This document shows positions 56,907-64,000 of a DNA stretch of 64,000 nucleotides, piece after piece. The stretch comes from a virus: IMG/VR virus record IMGVR_UViG_3300032116_015770; one strand, written 5' to 3'. How positions within the stretch are numbered: the first letter of the stretch is position 1; each line of letters opens with the position of its first letter. The notes beneath the pieces are model-generated. The model saw only the letters and a list, made by a program, of their open reading frames with translations, was not told the DNA's origin and did not search any database. A program made the translations under genes and the position numbers.

Positions 56907-57432
56907 TTTAATTTTAACAATTGACAATGTGTTACCTAAACAACATTGTGAAAAAATGATTGAGCAATTTGAGAAGGAAAAAGAGCAATGGGAAGAAAAG
57001 AGAACGGTAGGTTATAAGTTCGATCAACTTAACATTAATAAGACCCCTGGTTGGGAACCTATAGTAGAGTATCTTACGGATGTTTCTATAAAGGCATTCG
57101 ATCAATACTTTAATCATATTAACTACAGAGATCCACCTAAGATTCAAGCATTAGAAGAAATTCGTATTAAGAAGTATGAAAACGAAGAACGTTACTTCGA
57201 CTATCATGTAGATGTAGCTGATTATAATAGCGCAAGACGTTACTTAGTTGGATTTATATACTTAGATGATAATGAAGAGGGTAAAACAGTATTCCCTGAT
57301 TTTGATATTGAAATTAGTCCAGTTGCAGGTAGAATGTTAATTTTTCCACCACTTTGGATGTATCCTCATGCAGGAATGCCACCTAAAGACAAACCAAAAT
57401 ATATAATCGGTACTTACGCACATTACGTTTAA
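56881..57432 (+). CDS. 2OG-Fe(II) oxygenase
   Basis: HVD, IYL, G.T.F, FPP.W.YPH, KYI. Confidence 0.88.
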   Translation: MKQDTKLTDLILTIDNVLPKQHCEKMIEQFEKEKEQWEEKRTVGYKFDQLNINKTPGWEPIVEYLTDVSIKAFDQYFNHINYRDPPKIQALEEIRIKKYENEERYFDYHVDVADYNSARRYLVGFIYLDDNEEGKTVFPDFDIEISPVAGRMLIFPPLWMYPHAGMPPKDKPKYIIGTYAHYV

Positions 57433-57445
57433 TTTACCAAAAGTA

Positions 57446-57474
57446 TTGATTTTCTGTTGCCTTGACGTTAAAAT
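57446..57474 (+). promoter_or_regulatory. sigma70-type promoter
   Basis: TTGATT-17 nt-TAAAAT. Confidence 0.55.
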
Positions 57475-57501
57475 CTTATTGTGGTCGGATGAGAATAGGT
57501 T

Positions 57502-57693
57502 ATGATAATTTGCTCCTGTAGAAATATACGTGAATCAGACTTTCCAGATAAAGATAAATTAATTTTACGTCTGTATGAGGATGACGCGCAATGTAGGGTT
57601 TGTTTAGAGAATATCGATAGGTACAAGAGTAAACCGAATACGTTTATGGGTGCTTGGGCTTACTATAGTTTAAACAAAGAGTTTAGTAAATAA
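57502..57693 (+). CDS. Bfd-like [2Fe-2S] small protein
   Basis: MIICSC...QCRVC (CxC...CxxC). Confidence 0.6.
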   Translation: MIICSCRNIRESDFPDKDKLILRLYEDDAQCRVCLENIDRYKSKPNTFMGAWAYYSLNKEFSK

Positions 57694-57704
57694 ATATTTT
57701 TAAT

Positions 57705-58054
57705 TGTTGTATGATGCAAACTGAAAAGGGTTCTGGACGCGGGTTCGACTCCCGCCTGGTCCACCAAAAGGAGATTGTATGCCAGTAGATATGTACTACT
57801 ATACTGAGAGTGAATGGAATCGTTTAGGGTGTGGACCTCTTCCACCTGAACGAGATATTCGTAATAAGGTAAAGTCTTCTTTTGAGGGGCCAGACATGGT
57901 TTCGACAGGGTCAAGAGTAGGGGAGTGGACAACACGTCAGGCGATCGACGTTAATGAAGCAAATAAGTAATCGCAAATGACGAGTACTACGCTCTAGCAG
58001 CTTAAATTGCTAGATGGGGTTTCGGTAGCTGTCCTTATTACCCAATCAGCTACC
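57705..58054 (+). ncRNA. ssrA: circularly permuted two-piece tmRNA: acceptor piece ~57705-57766, intervening 57767-57886, coding piece 57887-~58054
   Basis: T-arm GCGGGTTCGACTCCCGC + CTGGTCC-A-CCA precedes GGGCCAG (G3.U70 pair); tag ANDEYYALAA* at 57973-58005; outer ends approximate. Confidence 0.93.
57779..57970 (+). CDS. ORF starting in the tmRNA intervening segment
   Basis: AAAGGAG SD; reads through the tmRNA mature 5' end. Confidence 0.5.
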   Translation: MPVDMYYYTESEWNRLGCGPLPPERDIRNKVKSSFEGPDMVSTGSRVGEWTTRQAIDVNEANK

Positions 58055-58076
58055 TTAATGATTTTCAGTACGGTAG

Positions 58077-58084
58077 TATAAATA
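58077..58084 (+). promoter_or_regulatory. T4-type late promoter upstream of pqqA
   Basis: Exact intergenic TATAAATA. Confidence 0.7.
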
Positions 58085-58160
58085 ATATTTTAGTAGATTC
58101 ACTTCATATGTTCAATAGATAATATGGACCGGCAATAGTGCCGCCATAAAGGAGAAAAAT

Positions 58161-58235
58161 ATGAAGTGGACTACACCTGCAGCTCAAGATATGCGTTTTG
58201 GTTTTGAAATTACCATGTATATCGCTAATCGATAA
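58161..58235 (+). CDS. pqqA: PQQ precursor peptide PqqA (24 aa, not in ORF track)
   Basis: MKWTTPAAQDMRFGFEITMYIANR with W..P, R.GFE and E-x3-Y core; AAAGGAG SD. Confidence 0.95.
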   Translation: MKWTTPAAQDMRFGFEITMYIANR

Positions 58236-58296
58236 ATAAATTGAGTTGGTAGATCTCTAAAACTACCATCACACAAACACACAAAAGGAGATGTAA

Positions 58297-58569
58297 ATGA
58301 GTAATATGTCACCATTCGAGATCCGTCTCGAACTTCTTAAGATGGCCAAGGAAATGCTTACTGAAGATTATTACAGTAAGCGAGATCAAGTTTCCAACGA
58401 CTGGCAAGTTAAAGTAGAAAACGCTCGCCACGCCGGTGCAACACCACCTGATCATCCAGGCTTTCCATCATACCCCACTGAAACAGATATTATTAATAAA
58501 GCGCAAGCTTTGAATGGTTTTGTTTCTCAACTTCCAGATGTAAAAGTTACTAAGAAATCTACCGCTTAG
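58297..58569 (+). CDS. conserved T4-like phage protein
   Basis: PFEIRLELLKMAKEML, II.KA..LN.FVS; AAAGGAG SD with CA-rich leader. Confidence 0.8.
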   Translation: MSNMSPFEIRLELLKMAKEMLTEDYYSKRDQVSNDWQVKVENARHAGATPPDHPGFPSYPTETDIINKAQALNGFVSQLPDVKVTKKSTA

Positions 58570-58607
58570 TATGGGGGGGCTTGCCCCCTTTAATAGGAGA
58601 ATTACAC

Positions 58608-59147
58608 ATGACACGCTTTTTTACCGTTGCATTAGCAGCTGTTTTATTACTAGGTACGTATACAGGTGTTAGCGCAGTTACTAAACACAAGATTAAAAAT
58701 ATTAAGCAAGTTGAAAATATTAAAGATAAGCCACCCACATTAGCACAAAGGGAAAGACAACTTAATTGTTTGGCAAAGAATATTTATTTCGAAGCAGCAT
58801 CTGAGCCTTTTGAAGGTAAGGTTGCAGTAGCTCAAGTCACATTAAATAGAGCAGAGTCAGGAAAATTTCCTAATGACATCTGTCAAGTAGTATATCAAAA
58901 GACAAAGATTGATGAAAAGATCGTTTGTCAGTTCTCATGGTACTGCGATAAAGGACCTGTAGTAAGATCTAAAGAGATGTATGCGGAATCTATGGAAGTA
59001 GCTAAAAAGGTCCTGTTAGAGGATTTTAGATTGCCATCTGTAGAGAAGGCATTATACTATCATGCTGACTACATTAAAAAACCTAACTGGGGTAAACCAG
59101 TAGTGGCACGTATTGGACGTCATATATTTTATGGAGATAGAACGTGA
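58608..59147 (+). CDS. SleB-like cell wall hydrolase (Hydrolase_2)
   Basis: CLAKNIYFEA, AVAQVTLNR, CQFSW, YYHADY, IGRHIFY; N-terminal TM/signal. Confidence 0.92.
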   Translation: MTRFFTVALAAVLLLGTYTGVSAVTKHKIKNIKQVENIKDKPPTLAQRERQLNCLAKNIYFEAASEPFEGKVAVAQVTLNRAESGKFPNDICQVVYQKTKIDEKIVCQFSWYCDKGPVVRSKEMYAESMEVAKKVLLEDFRLPSVEKALYYHADYIKKPNWGKPVVARIGRHIFYGDRT

Positions 59148-59461
59148 ATTTAATGGAAACACTTATAGTATGGAAAGAAAAAGCAGTAAAGTTTTTTGAG
59201 TCGTTTCCTAAAGCATCTGCTGATGTATTTGCCTGGATAAGTATTGTTATATTATGCTTAAGTAATATACCAAGTTATTATGCATTGATGACGGCTGTAA
59301 CGGATAAGACTCCTCCCCTGGATATGTCCTTAATTGTATGGGTCGGTCTATTGCTTTATTTCTTCCGTTCAGCTATACTTAAAGACATGATTATGGTAGC
59401 AACTATTGGATTAGGTTTTGCTATTCAACTCATCTTTTTAGGGCTCATTTATTTCATATGA
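59144..59461 (+). CDS. three-TM membrane protein
   Basis: Three hydrophobic helices. Confidence 0.65.
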   Translation: MNLMETLIVWKEKAVKFFESFPKASADVFAWISIVILCLSNIPSYYALMTAVTDKTPPLDMSLIVWVGLLLYFFRSAILKDMIMVATIGLGFAIQLIFLGLIYFI

Positions 59462-59721
59462 CCGACGACATAACTGAACTAACTGATGCGTTAGTAATTA
59501 CCAAGCGCTTTAGATCACCTAATGAGTTTAGTATCTTCATTGATGAGCGAGTTAATAAACTAAAGATTGGTTACATGGATGCAGTTATTAATTACTGCCA
59601 GGAAATGGATATTGATGTTGAATCCATAGGTCCATTAATAAATCAAAAACTTCGTGAAAAGATACAAGTAGAGGCCGAGCAGGCAAATATGATTAAACCA
59701 AGAGGTCATCTGCCTATATGA
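59458..59721 (+). CDS. gp33: late transcription coactivator (T4 gp33)
   Basis: FS..I...V...YMDAV..YC..DVE..LREKIQ.EA; precedes gp59. Confidence 0.88.
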   Translation: MTDDITELTDALVITKRFRSPNEFSIFIDERVNKLKIGYMDAVINYCQEMDIDVESIGPLINQKLREKIQVEAEQANMIKPRGHLPI

Positions 59722-60332
59722 TAATGGAACCATTTGAAGTTTATCGTTATTACCTAGCATTAAGATTACATTTTACTACTGACAAGTATGATGTGATTAA
59801 GCAACAAGGAAAAGTCAGAGCATCACGCCAGGCGTTTAATAAACGTAAGGATCTATTGTCCATTAAACGCGTTGCAGATACCTATAGTGATAAAGATGTA
59901 GTAGATTTTTTAGTAGCAAATTTCGTATCAGGTGATCGCTGGGGTGGTGTATTTGATTCTGAGGCTAAAACCAGATATACGGAGTGGAAGCGGCGCATTG
60001 AATCTTTAAGCTATACCTTCGATAAGGAGATATGTAAACTTAGAGATATATGTGATCGAGATAATTTACCGTACGATACTATATTTAAAGTAACAACCGG
60101 GCAACACCCGTTTATACTTAAAGCATTCTTGCGCAACGACATTTCTATAGAAACTCTAGTTATATTGGATAGCATAAATAACTATGTTGCAGCATTAGAC
60201 GAAGTACTTGCTTTAGACTTAATCTGGCCGGATATATCGAGAACTATTAAGAAGTATAAACCTTTTCTTACGGTAAAAAAAGAAAAATACAATGACATCT
60301 TTAGAAGACGATTTGGATCTAGTACAGACTAG
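59718..60332 (+). CDS. gp59: helicase loader (T4 gp59)
   Basis: Y..YLALRLHF...YD, FLVANF, ISIETLVIL, KKYKPF. Confidence 0.9.
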   Translation: MIMEPFEVYRYYLALRLHFTTDKYDVIKQQGKVRASRQAFNKRKDLLSIKRVADTYSDKDVVDFLVANFVSGDRWGGVFDSEAKTRYTEWKRRIESLSYTFDKEICKLRDICDRDNLPYDTIFKVTTGQHPFILKAFLRNDISIETLVILDSINNYVAALDEVLALDLIWPDISRTIKKYKPFLTVKKEKYNDIFRRRFGSSTD

Positions 60333-60510
60333 AATTATACAAATTGAGAAAAACATTAATATGTTAAATGAGAATTGCCAACATCTAGCTGATCATATGA
60401 GAGAAACTCAAAGATTTTTGGTAAAGTTAGCACAAAATCAGGCTGAGATTACTAAGAGGATATCGCAGTGGCCTTATATTGCGGTAGAACGTAAAGGTGA
60501 AGAAGAGTAA
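60292..60510 (+). CDS. coiled-coil hypothetical protein
   Basis: Overlapping ORF in operon. Confidence 0.55.
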   Translation: MTSLEDDLDLVQTRIIQIEKNINMLNENCQHLADHMRETQRFLVKLAQNQAEITKRISQWPYIAVERKGEEE

Positions 60511-60523
60511 ATAGTTAATTTAT

Positions 60524-60715
60524 ATGAAGCAGAAGAATATAGATTGGGATCGCGAAAAGAAAATTCATCGCGTCGAAAAAGGTTCCAATAAGATGGATAA
60601 ACATCGGAACAAGATATATAATTTAGTTATCAATTCCGATGATTATAATGATCTAGAGGATGAGATTTACAGTGAAGTTTATGATGGCAACACCTTAAAA
60701 CATAAACGTCGCTAA
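60524..60715 (+). CDS. hypothetical protein
   Basis: Small ORF before gp32. Confidence 0.55.
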   Translation: MKQKNIDWDREKKIHRVEKGSNKMDKHRNKIYNLVINSDDYNDLEDEIYSEVYDGNTLKHKRR

Positions 60716-60748
60716 TACAACGCTATACACATTTATACGGAGATACAC

Positions 60749-61663
60749 ATGGCATTAGATTTTTCTGCCCTGAAGAAGGGTCGTGGTAATTTTGATTCAT
60801 TGATGAAAGAGGTTGAGAAGATCGCGCAACCCCAAGGTCAAGAATCGCAAAAAGATGATCGCTTCTGGCAACCAGAAGTAGATAAATCAGGAAACGGATT
60901 TGCAGTTATTCGTTTTCTACCCCCTCCTAAAGGTGAAGAACTTCCTTGGACACGTATTTGGAATCATGGATTCCAGGGTCCTACAGGTAAGTGGTACATC
61001 GAAAATTCACTAACTACATTAGGTAAGCCAGACCCTGTTTCTGAGCTTAACACCGAATTGTGGGCTACAGGTCTTGAGTCTAACAAAGACATCGTACGTA
61101 AACAAAAGCGTAGATTGACTTACATTTCTAACATCTATGTAGTCAAAGATCCTGCGCATCCAGAGAACGAAGGTAAAGTATTCCTTTATAAGTTCGGCAA
61201 GAAGATCTTCGACAAGATCAAGGATGTTATGCAGCCTCAATTTGAAGATGAGGATCCAATTAATCCTTTTGACTTCTGGAAGGGTGCTAACTTCAAACTC
61301 AAGATTCGTAATGTAGAGGGTTATCGTAACTACGATAAGTCTGAATTTGAATCACCATCAGTACTAGCTGACGATGATGAGATGGAAAAGATTTGGAACA
61401 GCCAGCATTCTCTACAAGAGTTTTTGGATCCTAAGCACTTTAAGTCTTACGATGAACTAAAGACTAAACTAATGAATGTGCTTAATGCTAGTGGTAGTTC
61501 CCTACCTGCTGCACAAGATCTAGATAACGAAGAGTTTGAATCACCACCTAAACCAAAAGCAGCTGCTAAACCACATGCAGCACCTTCGCAACCTAAACGT
61601 GAGTATGAAGAAGATGACGATGAATCACTATCCTTCTTCGCCAAGCTCGCCAATGACGACTAA
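60749..61663 (+). CDS. gp32: single-stranded DNA-binding protein (T4 gp32)
   Basis: GNGFAVIRFLP, WYIENSLTT, YKFGKKIFDKI, GANFKLK, acidic tail. Confidence 0.97.
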   Translation: MALDFSALKKGRGNFDSLMKEVEKIAQPQGQESQKDDRFWQPEVDKSGNGFAVIRFLPPPKGEELPWTRIWNHGFQGPTGKWYIENSLTTLGKPDPVSELNTELWATGLESNKDIVRKQKRRLTYISNIYVVKDPAHPENEGKVFLYKFGKKIFDKIKDVMQPQFEDEDPINPFDFWKGANFKLKIRNVEGYRNYDKSEFESPSVLADDDEMEKIWNSQHSLQEFLDPKHFKSYDELKTKLMNVLNASGSSLPAAQDLDNEEFESPPKPKAAAKPHAAPSQPKREYEEDDDESLSFFAKLANDD

Positions 61664-61672
61664 GAGGTAACT

Positions 61673-61834
61673 ATGAAACTACTACTAGCATTTTTTCTAG
61701 CGGTTAGTTCTTCTGCTTACGCAGCACCACCTAAGAAAGAAGAACCTAAAAAACTAGAAGTTAAAGTAAAGAAGCCTTGTAAACAAGGGCAAACTGAAGC
61801 AGACGGTTGTAGGGTAATGAAGAAACAGAAATAA
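61673..61834 (+). CDS. small secreted Lys-rich protein (53 aa, not in ORF track)
   Basis: Signal peptide MKLLLAFFLAVSSSAYA; C-x9-C; GAGG SD; followed by terminator. Confidence 0.7.
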   Translation: MKLLLAFFLAVSSSAYAAPPKKEEPKKLEVKVKKPCKQGQTEADGCRVMKKQK

Positions 61835-61835
61835 G

Positions 61836-61860
61836 AAAAGGGGCATTAAGCCCCTTTTTT
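61836..61860. terminator. bidirectional terminator between convergent units
   Basis: AAAAGGGGC-ATTAA-GCCCCTTTTTT. Confidence 0.85.
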
Positions 61861-64000
61861 AATAAGTAGATACTCTATCTAGATGTTTATCTAAAGAAGA
61901 ATTAGTGTGACTTCTTGGTACTGCTTTCATTGGAGCAAACTGTGTACCACTACTATTATTAGTCGTATTGTTCATTATTACAGGTGCAGGGGCTGGTTTA
62001 GATTGAGCGGCCTCACGTATCTGGTCATTATATTCAACACTTAAATTACCTAAACTACTAGGCTCTTTCTTTACTGGAGCTACATTTGGTGCACCACCCC
62101 CTTGTTGTAAATAGCGAGCTTTAGCTTCTCTTTCAGCTTCCCTTACTTGACTCACGCTAAGCGTTTCCGAAGCCTCTCTACCTTCACCAGCAGTACGTAC
62201 ATTTCTACCCCTAATAACTTCTTGCTCTTCTTGTAATAACTTTTGATACTTTGGATCTTTAGTATAGTCTTTAGAAAAAACTTCTTTAGAAGCAGCAGTA
62301 GCCTTTACTGGTTTAGCTTTATCACCAGGGGGTGTAAGAGGAAAAGCTGCAGCACCTGTGGTTGTATTAACAGCATCTGCAGGTATTTCTTGCTTTGTAT
62401 CGCCTGTAAAATAATTCATTACTTTACCACCCAGTTCACCAGCTTTCTTACCTAATGAACTTCCTGCGAAGGCTCCTATAGCCCCGCCTGCTACACCTCC
62501 AACAACTGTACCTACAGGTCCGGCAAACGAACCTAATGCAGCACCTAGTTTCATACCGGCTAAACCACCGGCAGCCATACCTACACCTTCACCAACAGCT
62601 CCACCTTTTTTCTCGGTAGCTTGCTCATTAACCTGCTTAGTCATAGCATCAGCTTGTTCAGCAGTTAATTCACCAGATTTCTTTTTAGCTTCAATGTCAG
62701 CTAATGCAGCTTTTTGTTCATCAGATGCTTCTGAAAAACCAGAGTAGGCAGCGTAAGCGCCACCGGCAACAGCCAATGCTGCGCCACCTACTTTAGCAAC
62801 AGTACCAAGCCTACTAAAACGACTAGCTGCACCAGCAGCTTTTCCTGCTGCACCACCTTTCCCTCTACCACCTAATAAATCCTTTGCAGTATCTAATAAA
62901 CTACCACCCACACCACCGCTACCACCGGTAAATTCTTTTTCTTTTACAGTAGTTATAAGTTCGTCTAGTTTTTTGGTAATAGGTTGGTATTGTAAATCTA
63001 AATCAACTGGTTCCTTGGGAGAAATAGACTCAGATATTTTTCTTACAGAGTCTAATTGTTGTTTAGAAGTTTCTAATAAATCAGCAATAATAACATTATT
63101 TTCTTCCATGGACTTAGCCATAGCCTCTTGAGAGGTAACAACATTATCATCATTTTCTTTTTCTGATGCTTTTGCACCTTCCGCTTTTACTTCTTTTAAA
63201 TTCTGCTCTGCTTCTCTTACTCTTGGATCAATAGCTGCTAAATTAGTTTGTGCAGCTTCTAATCTAGCTTGTTCTGTATCAGTAGCCTCAAAACCACGTT
63301 TTTTGGCAGACGAAATATCACCTCTAGCTCCAGCTAGCTCTTGTTGAGCACCTTTTGTAGCTTCGTACCTTTTCCTACCTTCAGCCATTGTTTCATCTGA
63401 AACATACTCATCAGCTTCTTTTAATCTTCTTTCTGCTTCTTTTTTATCATACCCTGCTTTAAGGATACGTTCACGCATTTCGTCACGCTTACTTTGATCT
63501 CTTGCTCTACCTTCTTCGGTACGTAACCCGTAGTCTTTTGCAAATTGTTCTTTTTCCGGATTATAACCCGCTGGTGCAGAAATTATATCTCCTATGTCAC
63601 CCATTCTTTCATAGGCTTTATTTTGAACACTAGATGCAAAACCACCTATTGATTCTTTTATATTCTTTATAGGTGCTTTTAAGAACTCTTTTGTAGCTTC
63701 TCTTCTAGCTCTAATACCACCAACAGCAGACATTAATTTTTCTTTTAATGTTACCGGGGCTTCTTTTTCCCCTAACTTGGTGCTTTCACCAGGAGTCTCT
63801 TTATCCTCTTTTCCTCTGCTCGGCTTATTAAAACTATCTTTTAAATCTTTTAAAGTTTTATTAATATCTTCTAACTGTTTACCAACTTCATCCTTTAAAG
63901 TCTTATCTAAGGTCTTCGTACCTTTTTCTGATATCTGTTCAAACTTCTTTTCCTCAAGTAATACACCTAACGGTTTTTCCCCGGCATCTCCAGTAGATGC
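61859..64000 (-). CDS. tape-measure/baseplate hub-like (gp29-like) protein, 5' truncated by window
   Basis: Frame open to the window end; coiled coils, Gly/Ala zipper GGLAGMKLGAALG, C-terminal APVIMNNTTNN. Confidence 0.65.
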   Translation of the reverse strand, partial: ASTGDAGEKPLGVLLEEKKFEQISEKGTKTLDKTLKDEVGKQLEDINKTLKDLKDSFNKPSRGKEDKETPGESTKLGEKEAPVTLKEKLMSAVGGIRARREATKEFLKAPIKNIKESIGGFASSVQNKAYERMGDIGDIISAPAGYNPEKEQFAKDYGLRTEEGRARDQSKRDEMRERILKAGYDKKEAERRLKEADEYVSDETMAEGRKRYEATKGAQQELAGARGDISSAKKRGFEATDTEQARLEAAQTNLAAIDPRVREAEQNLKEVKAEGAKASEKENDDNVVTSQEAMAKSMEENNVIIADLLETSKQQLDSVRKISESISPKEPVDLDLQYQPITKKLDELITTVKEKEFTGGSGGVGGSLLDTAKDLLGGRGKGGAAGKAAGAASRFSRLGTVAKVGGAALAVAGGAYAAYSGFSEASDEQKAALADIEAKKKSGELTAEQADAMTKQVNEQATEKKGGAVGEGVGMAAGGLAGMKLGAALGSFAGPVGTVVGGVAGGAIGAFAGSSLGKKAGELGGKVMNYFTGDTKQEIPADAVNTTTGAAAFPLTPPGDKAKPVKATAASKEVFSKDYTKDPKYQKLLQEEQEVIRGRNVRTAGEGREASETLSVSQVREAEREAKARYLQQGGGAPNVAPVKKEPSSLGNLSVEYNDQIREAAQSKPAPAPVIMNNTTNNSSGTQFAPMKAVPRSHTNSSLDKHLDRVSTY

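Noticed and set aside
57663-57935. 90-aa minus-strand ORF
   Set aside because: Antisense shadow of the tmRNA T-arm region
2936-62455. Many short antisense or alternate-frame ORFs nested in recognised genes (e.g. 6067..6393, 13792..14112, 38164..38625, 42766..43041, 54762..55118)
   Set aside because: No SD or motifs, and fully overlapped by well-conserved genes
1-64000. Stop-codon reassignment
   Set aside because: Core genes are full length in code 11, all three stop codons terminate genes, and no suppressor tRNA is present

Overview
This 64 kb window comes from a large, AT-rich, lytic T4-like myophage. It carries the T4 replication core (gp45, gp44, gp62, regA, gp43, uvsX, gp41, gp61, rnh, gp33, gp59, gp32), nucleotide metabolism genes (thyX, nrdA/nrdB, dCMP deaminase, 5'-nucleotidase), dispersed lysis genes (GH19 endolysin, i/o-spanins) and a block of virion or capsid-packaged proteins. 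It also has a 9-gene sugar-modification/glycosyltransferase island, iron/redox auxiliary genes (rubrerythrin, Dps, IscU, ErpA, Bfd-like, desaturase), five tRNAs and a circularly permuted two-piece tmRNA. The host is Gram-negative, most likely Betaproteobacterial (inferred from PqqA, the tmRNA tag and auxiliary gene types). The most interesting signals are mostly absent from the ORF track. (1) A stand-alone pqqA cofactor-precursor peptide gene sits behind a phage late promoter. (2) The permuted tmRNA has an ORF with a sequestered SD starting inside its intervening segment. (3) Three ORFs have stop codons inside a downstream tRNA/tmRNA, so RNase P processing would create non-stop mRNAs that the phage tmRNA could tag. 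(4) There is a dnaX-like -1 frameshift cassette, (5) a ROSE-like RNA thermometer, (6) an H-type pseudoknot leader and (7) an apparently leaderless DNA polymerase mRNA. All assignments come from reading motifs by eye; no searches were run.
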